Shown piece by piece: positions 12,835 to 25,972 of a DNA stretch of 64,000 bases. The position numbers were made by a program, and so were the translations under genes. The DNA is from Octopus sinensis (taxonomy: Eukaryota), in the NCBI RefSeq assembly GCF_006345805.1, contig NC_043003.1, forward strand, positions 114,080,001 through 114,144,000, read 5' to 3'. The notes below the pieces were generated by a model. That model ran no database searches and was not told where the DNA came from. It saw only the letters and a list, made by a program, of their open reading frames with translations. Each line of letters opens with the position of its first letter. Position 1 is the stretch's first letter.

Positions 12835-13434
12835 TTTTACATATATACATATTACATACGTAAGCATTATGTGTATATGTGTGCGTGTGTGTGCAAGCGC
12901 GCATACTCACACACACAAACTATATACATATATGTGAAAACACACACACACACACACGCGCGCTTGCGTAGTGTCAGGCGTTATTTTATCGAAACATTCG
13001 CGAAATATGCTTTTTATCTTACCTCAAATATTTTGGGTTTCCAGCTCCCCAGTTTTGACTGTTGAAAACATCAGACACATGTCAGAGTTTTCATATGTGT
13101 CTGCGTGATAAATTTGTTGAAACTCGTTATTTTATGGGTCAGATTGTAACCAACCCACGCTAGAATAGTTGTAAGAATATAAAATAAAATAAAATAAAAC
13201 AAAACAAAACAAAATATAACATATGTAAAAATTAAACGAAACATGTGTGAAAATAAATATGGTGGTATATATTTTCAAAGTCAATGATCAGCAAGGGAAT
13301 TACAACCCTTAAACAGCCATCGCTGGTTCCTCGTTTATGGAGATTCCATAGATCTGCAATTTTACAGACTGATGTCAGGTCTTCAAGAAATAAACAAACA
13401 CATCTGGTATCGGAATCATATTGGTGATCCAAAC

Positions 13435-14125
13435 ACATTCTCTCTCTCACTCTCACTCTCCCCTCTTCTCTCTCTCTCACCCTCACTCTCCTCCCCCCTC
13501 TCTCTCTCCTCTCACTCTCCCCTCCTCTCTCTCTCACTCTCCCCTCCTCTCGCTCTCACCCTCACTCTCCCCTCCTCTCTCTCTCTCACTCTCACTCTCC
13601 CTCTCCCCTCCTCTCTCCTCTCTCTCTCTCACTCTCACTCTCCCTTCCTCTCTCTCTCTCACTCTCACTCTCCCCTCTTCTCTCTCTCTCACCCTCACTC
13701 TCCCCTCCTCTCTCTCTCTCACCCTCACTCTCCCCTCCTCTCGCTCTCACCCTCACTCTCCCCTCCTCTCTCTCTCTCACTCTCACTCTCCCCTCCTCTC
13801 TCTCTCTCTCCTCTCCCTCTCCCTTCCTCTCTCTCTCTCACTCTCACTCTCCCTTCCTCTCTCTCTCTCTCACTCTCCCTCTCCCCTCTCTCTCTCTCAC
13901 TCTCACTCTCCCCTCCTCTCTCTCTCACTCTCACTCTCCCCTCCTCTGTCTCCCTCTCCCTCTCCCCTCCTCTATCTCCCTCACTCTCCCTCTCCCCTCT
14001 CTCTCCCTCTCCCTCTCCCCTCCTCTCTCTCGCACTCTCAGTCTCACTCTCCCCTCCTCTCTCTCTCACTCTCCTCTCCCCTCCTCTCTCTTTCAGTCTC
14101 ACTCTCCCCTCCTCTCTATCTCTTT
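13435..14125. repeat. CT-rich minisatellite-like tract built from CTCTCTCA(C/CC)CTCACTCTCCCCTCCT units; polypyrimidine strand
   Basis: Directly visible; it generates the spurious SL/ER-rich ORFs. Confidence 0.95.
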
Positions 14126-14449
14126 TGCTTCTCATTATCACTCCCTTTAATCTATAATCTTTCTCTCACCTTTCTAAATCTTCCTAAATTCTCTTTCTCT
14201 CACGCACTGACGCGTGTATATCTATAATGTGAGCGCACCTATGTTTATGCATATACATATATCTATGAGAATCAGTGTGTACATCGAAGTCTGCATTGGT
14301 GTCAATACTCCTCCATAACTCACACCGCTTCTCTTTCCTTTTCTTGCAACTAAACGCTAAAAACTGATAAATTATATTTATTTTATTTTCATTCAAGCAT
14401 CCATATTTTCTTTTCTTTTTCACCTCCGTTCTCTCTCTCAGCTTGGATG

Positions 14450-14536
<87 letters not shown>

Positions 14537-14604
14537 ATATTGATAAAACGGTAAGATAACAAAAGAAAGAAAGAGACCTCAATATTATGTAAATAGAGGA
14601 AATT

Positions 14605-16639
14605 TATCTATACAATATGTTACATTACTCGGTAGTCAAGATAAAACTCTGAGTTTCAGATGCCGAAGTGGAAATCCACAACACCATCTCTTCGGTTATC
14701 TGGCTATTTGAAAACGTTATGAAAAAATACCGTTAAAAATGAAGGGAAATTACTCTCTGTTATAACTCTGCTTTGCCTGCGTACTTATACATCGCTCGCA
14801 TTTTTCGTCATAAAAATTATATAAAAATACATAAAAATATATAAAAATATATAAAAATATATAAAATCTTCTTGGGACATAACACAGAAAGCATGTTCTA
14901 GTCCAATAGTATAGAAGTCGTAGACTGGTTTAAAGCTATTAAGAATAAGAAAAAAGCGAGGTTTACACAATTCGATATTGTTGATTTTTAGGCCTCTATC
15001 TCTAAAGAACTGCTAGATAAAGCCCTAATCTTCGCTAGTGACTTCATAGAAATTAGTACCAATGATAAGGATATAATCTTCCATGCTAGAAAGACATTAC
15101 TTTTCAGTGAGAATGCAAAGTGGGTAAAAAACACCGACACGGAGGGCGCTTCGATGTGAGCATGGTTCATATGATGGGGCAGGCATCTTGATCTAATTGA
15201 CTCTTTCTCCTAGATACCTTCGGTAAGACATTCCCTACGTACATTTCGCCATCTACAAAGATGATGCCCTCGCCTTAACAGCTAAAACAAATGGACCAGC
15301 ACAAGATCGTTTTAGGAAGGATATTATCCATTTAATGAAACACTTCGGACTTAGTATAACTATAGACACTAACGACGGTTGTCAATTTCTTAACGTTTCC
15401 TTAGATCTTAATAATAATATTTTAAGCCTTATAGGAGCCCAATGATAGACTAAGTTATATTAATGTAGGTTCCTGCCATCCCCCTATAGTATTCAAAAAT
15501 TTAGTTAAAAATATTAGTAAGAGGATTTCTAATCCTCTCATCTAATGAGGACATCTTCAATAGCGTTGCCCCAGTTTAAATAAAGCTTTAAAAGATAGTG
15601 GTTTTAGCGAAAAATAAAATATACACCTATCACCAGCCCAATAAAAGGAAAAGGAATAATAGAAATAGGAAGGTCATCTGGTTTACGTTACCCCCTTACT
15701 CACCCGAGGTGCCTATCAATATAGGAAATATTTCCTAGCACTGATAATAGACATTTTCCAGTTAACCATGCTTATAGGAAACTCTTCAATAGACACAATT
15801 TAAAAATTAGTTTTAGTTCAACTACCAATTTTAAAAACATAATCAATCATAACATACAAAAAACACAAGAAGAAAACAGCTGTTCATGCAGGAATAAAGA
15901 ATTGTGCCCGCTAAATGGAGCTTGCATGTCCAAGACCATCATATATGAAGCTACCGTAAACTCTATAACCACTAAAGACACCGTTTCGACGAAGAAATAC
16001 GTGGCCTGACAGAGGGTAATTTCAAGGCCAGGTTCAATAACCACACTTTGAGCTTTAGGCACTGGAACAAAAGAAAAGCGACACAATTATCCAATCATAT
16101 TTGGTCTTTAAGAGATAAAGGTGTCGATTATAACATACAATGGAAGATTTTGGCCAGATGTAAGCCCTATACTAACGGCAGCGGAAGGTGCGGTTTATGC
16201 GACATGGAGAGATGGCTTATCTGGAAAAGCAGCTTAGACCCTACCACATGTCTAAATACAAGGACAGAGCTTTTCGGATCATGCCCACATGTGACTAAAT
16301 TTCTGTTACGTTTTTGGTCCCCTAAAGAAAACGGATAGAACATGCTTTCTGTGTTATGTCCCAAGAAGATTTTATATATTTTTATATATTTTTATATATT
16401 TTTATATATTTTTATGTATTTTTATATAATTTTTATGACGAAAAATGCGAGCGATGTATAAGTACGCAGGCAAAGCAGAGTTATAACAGAGTAATTTCCC
16501 TTCATTTTTAACGGTATTTTTTCATAACGTTTTCAAATAGCCAGATAACCGAAGAGATGGTGTTGTGGATTTCCACTTCGGCATCTGAAACTCAGAGTTT
16601 TATCTTGACTACCGAGTAATGTAACATATTGTATAGATA
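14605..16639 (+). mobile_element. Penelope-like element (Neptune-like), 5'-truncated, with inverted pLTR
   Basis: Frameshifted RT fragments (FDIVDF, YKDD, VNFLNV, YINVGSCHPP) and GIY-YIG region (IIYEATV...YVGLTEGNFKARFNNH...WKILARCKPY...CGLCDME), stop at 16338. The 3' region 16336-16639 is repeated in inverted orientation at 14605-14900. Confidence 0.92.
16543..16605 (+). ncRNA. Variant type I hammerhead-like motif in the PLE pLTR (inverted copy at 14639-14701)
   Basis: Stem I AGAUAA/UUAUCU; core CCGAAGA; stem II GAUG/CAUC plus an extra U; GAAA; near-palindromic stem III ACUCAGAGU; triplet GUU. Confidence 0.55.
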
Positions 16640-16917
16640 TATATATATATATAATGTAGGATAAAATTTTTTCGAAAAAAAATTTCTTGTCGAAAAAAAT
16701 GTTATCAATGGCCAGCATATCAAAAAATACCTTTAAAGTTTAAATTTATAAACAATTCATAAATAAGGGCAAACGAAAAAATTTCTAATGCCAAATATGC
16801 CGAAAAATTGGACATATTGTCCATTAACCATATAATTTTTTCACAATACGCACGCTACTCGAAAAAAGGTCGACAGAAATTTCTAAAAAATTCAATTATT
16901 ACCATATCGGACCTATT

Positions 16918-16964
<47 letters not shown>

Positions 16965-17589
16965 CATATGTGTGTGTGTGTGTGCGTGCTAATCTTTCCA
17001 TTTTCTTATAACGGATGTGGTTTGACTGTTGTTACTTGACTTTCGTATGAGTTCCATTATATGAGAATGTGTCGAACGAGCAGTTGCACTTTTTGACCAC
17101 AAAAGGTAAATTGAAATAGTTTCAACCAGGAATCGAAACTGCATTGTGGAACTCGATCTCCTTAGGACTTACCATTTTCCCACCATCACCAACACAAAAA
17201 GCAGATTTATTTCTCGACTAAAACCTATTTCCGTGTCCTTCACAGGAAACCAGCTTGAGCAAACAAGTATTTGCCCTCGCAAAATCGATCCACGAAATCA
17301 TAGTCCCTCAAGAGGCTCTCTTGAAAAAACATTAAAAATAAAGTTAATCTATATTAGAACTCAGTGGACTTAGAATAAAAAGAAAAAAAAAGCGTTAAGG
17401 GCTGTTCTACACTTTACTCTCTAAACACCATCAAACAAGACAATCGTGTCTGAATATTACTAAAGCAAAGGGAATAGTAGAGATTGCCGTTGTTAGTATG
17501 TCTCCTACTAAATTCATTCTGACTGGGTGACTTTCTTCTATTGACTTCTATTGTATTTCGTCAGATACCCAGACATGACCTGACTCTTC

Positions 17590-17895
17590 GTCGGTTAAGA
17601 TGACGACTGTTTCAGTCGATCCGATCAACCGAAGAGCTTCCTCGTGAAGTCAAAGTGAAAGTGGCTGAGTACTCCAGACACAAGCGTGTCCTTAACATAG
17701 ATCTGAGGAAGAATCGGTTTGACACAGAATGGGGCAAGGCTGATCCCTTTGAACTACAAGAACAGCACATTTTGTTCAGCTGAATTGGCGGGAGCAACAT
17801 GAAATAAAGAGTCTTGCTCAAGGACACAACGAGTCGCCGAGAGTCGAACTCATGACTTTTCGATCATGAGCCGAATAGCCCTAAACACTAAGTAC
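17590..17895 (-). mobile_element. tRNA-derived SINE family C, diverged
   Basis: Reverse complement contains GTGTCCTTGAGCAAGACTCTTTATTTCATGTTGCTCC, matching the SINE at 35843. Confidence 0.7.
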
Positions 17896-18427
17896 CTCCA
17901 CACACGCACACACACACACATTTAACTATTTACAGGATTCATTTGAACCAAGGCATTTTAGAAATGAAAACACCAAGTTAGAGGCGAGAATAGCAACGTC
18001 CACAAATAAACAGTATGAGCGGACACTCGTGCATATATTAGTGTATATATATATATATATATATATACAGAGTTGCCTTAACACTTATATACACGTACAT
18101 ATGAACAGACCAATATAATGATCGATATAAATATACATGTATATATGTAAAATCATATATAGACATATTCCGTCATTGAATTTCACAGTCCACTGAAGGT
18201 TCCTCGTAAGGTGTAAAATAATTAACAACGACGAATAGGTTGAGGCTCTCTACAGCTGTTTCAGGCGCCTTTTTGCTGATGAACAAATCAATCACACCGT
18301 GAAAAGAACCGTTCGCTAAAATTCAAATCTTAAGATTTGGTTCATAATGAATATAAGCTGACTCCCTAATTACAGTGATTTAAATTTCTATTGACCTGAA
18401 AAAATGTTATTTTCTGTGATGTAATGG

Positions 18428-18856
18428 GAATCTTTTCGGTTTGAACGGCAGTTTTTTCTAGCGGTGTCATATGAAATTGTCACCCATAATTATGACCCTA
18501 GTATCGATCTATTGCATTTCAATCTAATTTAGGGTTAGGGTTAGAGTTAGAGTTAGGGGTGGGGGAAAGCTATCTTTTTTCTTCAGAAATGTAAATAAAT
18601 CCAATCTGTTTCTTAAACGAGGGACATATTCATACGGCACAGAATGTTTTAACCTCAATAGACGGTCATTGATTGGTTGAAATTGCAGAAATTTAATAAA
18701 AAAAACAACAAATATCTTACAAACTATAGAATTTTCTTAATAAAGCCAAGAGAAAAAAGATGTTTTATAAAAAAATTCTACCAGTATACGAAGTTTAAAA
18801 GTGTTTAGTTACGTGGAAATTATTTAAAAAAACTGCCGTTCAAACCGAAAAGATCC
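18428..18856. mobile_element. MITE (non-autonomous DNA transposon) with about 29-bp TIRs and 8-bp TSD
   Basis: TIR G(A/G)ATCTTTTCGGTTTGAACGGCAGTTTTTT at both ends; TSD TGTAATGG at 18420-18427 and 18857-18864; internal TTAGGG/TTAGAG repeats. Confidence 0.88.
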
Positions 18857-18919
18857 TGTAATGGATTTTTAAGACAAAAACGAGCGTGAAGCAGTTGTGG
18901 TGGACATCAACTCATTTCT

Positions 18920-19014
18920 GTGCTAAATTGTGTCGGAATTTGCACTCAGAACGTAAAGATAGACGGAACAGCGCTAAGCATTTCGCCCGGCGTGTTAACG
19001 TCTCTGCCAGCTCG
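18920..19014 (-). mobile_element. SINE family A 5' fragment
   Basis: GCATTTCGCCCGGCGTGTTAACG...GCCAGCTCGCC. Confidence 0.75.
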
Positions 19015-20026
19015 CCACTTTATATTATAATATTAAACAGTCATCAACTGTGAAAGCACAATGTTATATCAGTTATGCATATTACATTACGAATATATCT
19101 TTTGCATGCGTCACAGTTAATTATTATTGCTATTACAGAAGTGGAAATATTCAGAAGTTGCTCAGACGCCGCCTAAGCTCTAGATATCTTTCACATACAT
19201 ACATACATACATACATACATACATGCATACATACATGCATACATACACACACGTATATATATGAATATATATATATATATATATAATAATATTAGGGAGT
19301 AAATCCAAACTTACAGGGAAAAATTAGATTTAGGATTAAATCTAATTTTATAGTATAAATATATATTATATAAAATTAGAGATAAAACCACTATTAGGCA
19401 AATCAAGCAGTGAAAATCATAAGCCAATACATAGAAATAAAATTAATTAAAAAAATATAAAATACAAATATAAAAAATATAAAATTCCAAATTAAAATAT
19501 TTAAATTAAAGTTAAAATTTTAAAAATTATTTAAATAATTTAAACTTATAAATTCTAAATATATATATATATTTTTTTAAATTATTATTATTATCATTTT
19601 ATTTTATTTTAATTATTTATTTATTTATTTTAAAAATTACATAACTATCAAATTATATTAAAAGTTTAATATAAGATAAAGATTATGTATATATGTATGG
19701 TACGTGGTCAACTTCAGTCTAAACAATGTGCCAAGTACATGAACAAACAGGTGTACGCACATCGGAAAACGCATTAGAATATATATGTTTGTGTGTGTAT
19801 GTGTATGTGTGTGTGTGCGCGTGTCTGTGTGTGTGTGTGTGTGTTGACTCCAACGTGTTATTTTCCCCAAATTTACGACCAAATACTTTGTTTCCCAGAA
19901 AATTTGGCAGCGATTCTTAATACAAAAATATCAAAGAACGTCTTGGATTGCCACGATGAGAGGCACTGAGGAGCAAAACTGTTGCAATTAAATTCATATT
20001 AACTTGTGCACGCACACACACACACC

Positions 20027-20057
<31 letters not shown>

Positions 20058-20160
20058 ACAAACACTCACATACACACAATCACACACATACACACACACT
20101 CACACATACACACACACATATATACACACACACAATCACACACATACACACACACACATG

Positions 20161-20191
<31 letters not shown>

Positions 20192-21299
20192 ACACACACA
20201 AACACACACATAAACACACAGACACACATATATGCCAGGTCGCTCTCAAATACTGCAAGTACAACCTGACGTATGGTCGGGTCATCGGTGGCTAAACCGG
20301 TTACGCCGCTGAATTTTCTTGGTGGGAACGGAGAATGCATTGCACACTCTGCGGGATAAAAAAAAACAAACAAAATCCGACAAAGGCCAAAAGAACTCAA
20401 GTGATCGAGCAGCCATCCAGTGATGTATACATGTATGTAAGTACATATGTATTCCAAGCAGTCATACACTCGGATGTAGAAAGCCCACTGGAAGTGAGAG
20501 AATCCTGGTCTCTGTCAAGGGATCCTTCTCAGAGAAGGTTAGCTTGTATGTGAAGCTGGTTGCTCTACTGAGCAGGATATCTTGCATTTTCCTTGTGTCT
20601 GGGATTTTGGTTATTTCAAATGAGAGTCGATGGGGTGTTCGTTGAGTTGCATTCCACTTAAAAAGCTCGCTTGGGCATTGCTAACAAATAATTGCTCCGC
20701 GATGGCCACACTCGTCTTACGTATACGCAGCCATTATATGAGTTTCAAGCTTTCAAGTAGCTGTTTTCAAACTGAAGAATGTATGTTTTACTGGTTGCTT
20801 AAAGAGCAAAAGATCTTTTCTTACAACTATACATACAAAAAATATACACAGAAAAGAGAAAAGAATATAAAAAAATATAAAAATATATAAAAAAATTAAA
20901 TAAATAAAAAATAAAATTATATATATAAAGAATACAAATGCAAGGAAGAAGAACAACAACAACAAAACAAAGGAAGAAAGAAGGCGAAAAAGGGGAATGA
21001 GGAGAGAAAAAATAATGAAATCAAGAGAAAATACTAAAAAATAAAAGAGAAAATAGAAAATAAAAATGAAAAATAAGATGAATAGTCATTGACCTAGTTC
21101 CATCAGGTTACCCTTCAAATTCTCCATACTTCGCAGCAAGGGTTCAAAGCTAATATATATCCTTGGCGTACCGAGCGTTCAATACTGAATATTGCCAAGA
21201 GGTGACAATTCAATTTGACAACCGAGCAGATGCCACTATACATTGTGGTGATTCAACCTCTGAGACCAATATCTTTTAAGACAGACACCAGATAACGAT

Positions 21300-21890
21300 G
21301 GTCCGCCCTGTCAAAAGCTTTGAGATGATCCAAATTGACCAGTGCCCTCCATGTATCGCATGAGGTGGAGATTGTCGGGGATAGATCTACCAAGGATCGC
21401 ACACGTTTGTGCATTCCAGACTATATTACCGATAACAAGTGCCAGCCTCTTGGCGAACGCCTTAGCTAAAATCTTTAAATCAGTGTTGAGTAGAGTTATG
21501 GGACTGAAGTTTTCAGTCATATCCTCCTTATTCGGGTCCTTTCTCAGCAGCGTCGCCACTACCTTCCTCATACGACTGGGAATGCTTTCCATTTGTTGCC
21601 GTTTGGAGACAGCTGCTAGAACCAGCGCAAACAAGTCTGATATAGTTCATAGGGTAGACCATCTAATCCTAATGATTTGTGCCCCACGCATCGGCCCAAT
21701 ACGTCTTCCACTTCCTCCACTGACGTCGGCTTCTCGCAGCGCTCGATATCCTTGTCCAATTGGCGCAGCATACTCTCGGGATGAGCCTCAAATCCTGCTG
21801 TGTCAAGAATGCCACTCCTCGAAAACAGGTCGGTAAAATGCTGCTGAAACACTGCGCTCATCTTTTTGGAATCGAAGTGCACATGGCCAT
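21300..21890 (-). mobile_element. L1/Tx1-clade LINE ORF2 fragment (RT N-terminal region)
   Basis: GHKSLGLDGLPYELY; NFSPITLLNTDLKILAKAFAKRL; QTCAILGRSIPDNLH; after a frameshift, LDHLKAFDRADH. Confidence 0.88.
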
Positions 21891-21917
21891 GCGGTCCGTC
21901 ACAGAGCGAATCCCAGC

Positions 21918-22259
21918 AGAAATTATAATGACAATAATTGTAAGATTTGTTCATATGGAATGCAAAATTTCCACAGGAAAGGCTTCAGTATTTCCTCGTG
22001 TTTTATTTGTGCCGAGAAAAGCTGGCAAATGGTGCGAGCGGCATTTATTCAGCTAAATGAGGTTTATGCTCACATAACTGATTTTTGCCGGCCTCAATGA
22101 AACAATGAAACAGGGATAGATTACGTAAAGGTTTAGTACCGAAAATGGTTACTCTGGTTTTCACACACATAACACACACATACACACACTCATACTTATG
22201 ATTTCGCTATATATGCACATGACTTCCCAAATAAGCAAGCCCTTCAATTTAGAAGATCC
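21918..22259. repeat. Interspersed repeat of unknown class, second copy at 29759-30069
   Basis: About 320 bp shared (AAGATTTGTTC...TTAGAAGATC) with few substitutions. Confidence 0.85.
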
Positions 22260-22699
22260 GGGGACATGATAAGGTGATGCACAGATCTGAGTGCAATGGA
22301 CTCAGAATCTTGGAGCAGAAACAGGTGTAAGCTAGTGAAGTTAATTACTTAATTCATGTACGTAAATACACACACAATATTTGTATGCATACCAGGGTAT
22401 ACACACGAGCACGCGTGCGTGCTTACACGTACACGCACACACACGCACACACACACATACACACACGCACACACAAATATACACAAACTCTCACTTATAT
22501 TTACGTGTTCATCAAAGCGATTACAGTCAAGGGGACTGGAAAACTTTCAATTCTTTTCCCTGAAGAAGGAATCGGTCCGAAACGTCAGCTCTTCTAATCT
22601 CAACGGTAAATTAACTATGTTTTTTGTTGATTTTACAAAACCATACAATCTTATCGACGCAGAACAACACCGGCCTCTGTAGAATTTGTTTGGTTGTAA

Positions 22700-22753
<54 letters not shown>

Positions 22754-22776
22754 GTGTATATGTATATTATATATAG

Positions 22777-22843
<67 letters not shown>

Positions 22844-23589
22844 CACACACTAGTTACTTACTAAGTCCTTTGTTAACGTCGATCAAATTTAATATAAAAT
22901 ATATATTTTCAGTCTATATTTCCAGTCATGCTTCATTAGGCGTCGCAAGGAAATGTAATTTTACTCGGCTGCCGTTAAAATGAAAGATCAAAGTCGAATG
23001 ATTATATTATTTGTGGCATTCACTGAGAGTACTAATCATTTCCTAAAACATTTTATTAGAGAAGCATAATATATATACATCTAGACACGTATATACATAT
23101 ATATATATATACATATAGGTATATATGCGTGTATATATATATATATATATATATTTATTTGCGTATGTCTCTGTAAGTGTATACTCACACACACACGTAT
23201 ATATAGTGCATATATACATATACGTGTATGTATATACATACATAATTACACGCACAAATATATATAATTGTACATATATGTGTATTTGTGTGTGTTCTTG
23301 CGTGTTTCTATATACATACATACATATATACATACATACATACATACATACATATAAATATACATACATATAGATAGATATATACACACATATATTTATA
23401 GACATATATATTTATATTCCAGCTATGTTTGTGTATGTATGTAGATAGGTAGGTATCTATCTAGCTATCTATTTATCTTTGCGAGTTGTATGGAAGTGTA
23501 TATAATGGCTGTGTCGGTGACTGTAAACCGAACTATAATTGTCATACTTATTTAGACAACAACACTATTAATGGCATCAATAAACATAT

Positions 23590-24362
<773 letters not shown>

Positions 24363-24374
24363 TAGAGTTGTTTA

Positions 24375-24800
24375 TAGTATAGACACAAGGCGTGAAATTG
24401 TGAGAGGAGGTGGGGCAAGTTGCTTACATCGACCCCAGTATTCTACTGGTATTTGTTTCATCGATTTGGAAAGGGAGAAGAGCAAAGTCGACCTTGGCAC
24501 AATTTAAATTCAAAACGTAGTGAGTGACGTAACGAGTGACGTAATGAGTGACGTAATGAGTGACGAAAGAAAGGAAGCCTTAAAATATCAAAGAGGGAAT
24601 TCTGGCACAAGGCCAGGAAAATAATCTCAAGGGAATCGGGCAAAATCGATTACATCGACGCCAGTGTTCAGCTTGGAACTTCGATCCCGAAATGACGGAA
24701 GGTACAACTGAGATCGGCGGAATTTGTACTCAGAACGTAAAGACGAACGAATTGTCGCTAAGCATTTTATCCGGCGTCATGACAATTCCGTCGGCTCACC
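24375..24800 (-). mobile_element. Two degenerate SINE A-related copies with an internal 12-bp tandem repeat
   Basis: AAAGTCGACCTTGGC and GGCGGAATTTGTACTCAGAACGTAAAGACG segments; GAGTGACGTAA(C/T) repeats at 24522-24565. Confidence 0.65.
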
Positions 24801-25364
24801 ACCATGACAAACATTGAAATATTAATAAAAATACCAAACCTCGACAGTGTTTGCTTCAGCTTCAATGTAATTGCATTAACCTTCGTACATACGTACATAG
24901 GTAGATGAGTTTTTGTACATGTGTGTATAGATATACATTTCTCTGAGTGAGTGAGTGAGTGTGTGTCTGTGTGTCTATGTATATTCATCTATGGCGGTGG
25001 AGGCCGTGCTGTTTTTGTGAGAACTTAAATATTTGAATGCGTTCTTTGTGTTTATTTATTTATTGATTAGGCTTACCTTCATTCCTTCTTAATTGCTTGT
25101 TTAATGGAAAATCTTATTGATACGGAGTTCCACATATAAATACGCTCACATATACCCTAAGCATCTCCGTATGTACGCAGAATCTAACACACATACAGAG
25201 AAGACATATATGTGTGCTTGCGTGGCGGTGTACGCATGTGTGTAAATAATTTATGCAGGTATGCATCCTTGCATACATACACACACTCACAGATATATGT
25301 ATGAACATGTTAATATATCTATGTGTATGCATATACAAGTACATACGTATATTCACATACATGT

Positions 25365-25568
25365 ACCTCGTGTGTACCGTTGGCGATTTTTTTCCTCTGT
25401 CTTCCCTTCTCGGGATCTTTCCTTCTCCTATGTTTCCGACGAAGAGCTCCGCTCAAAACGTTAAACCCTCCTTCTTCCCTTCTTTCCTGAGCGTCCAATA
25501 ATACTTTATTTGTTCCACGTCCTCGCGTTGTTCTGTTTTTTTGTGTTTTCTTGTTTGGATTAACTTTA
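25365..25568 (+). mobile_element. Probable solo Penelope pLTR fragment with a degenerate hammerhead-like motif
   Basis: Motif at 25432-25466; ends in (TA)n; related sequence on the minus strand at about 63705-63790. Confidence 0.55.
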
Positions 25569-25930
25569 TATATATGTATATATGTGTGTGTGTGTGTGTA
25601 TTATAGTTGTTCTACTTATAGGGACATATTATTTGCTGTGTGTCTGTAGTTCGGAAAGAAACAATTCCGTGCTGAGTTTATTGGAAGCATTGTAGAACAG
25701 GAATTCTTTTGTCATTGACCTGGCCCTTGTCAAAATTTCTCTGAATGTCTTTCCCATTGCAAAGGAGTTGCGTCAGTGGCCAGGTCAGGAAGGTGCGACG
25801 AAACCTTCTGTCACTTCACCATATACTGCACAACTCATAAATAAAGTACAGGTGAATATCAGGATTGCTCTTTCTTAAATGCCACATCACCTTTTTATGA
25901 TGCACATACATGCATATATATATATTATAT

Positions 25931-25972
<42 letters not shown>

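Noticed and set aside
17167-17325. ATG|GTAAGT donor on the minus strand; other isolated GTAAGT sites at about 26353 and 43776
   Set aside because: Isolated 6-mers are expected by chance, and no open frame or linked exon chain supports them.
18240-18290. GAAACAGCTGTA (minus strand) resembling hammerhead stem III
   Set aside because: No CUGANGA core upstream on the same strand; the CTGATGA present is on the opposite strand.
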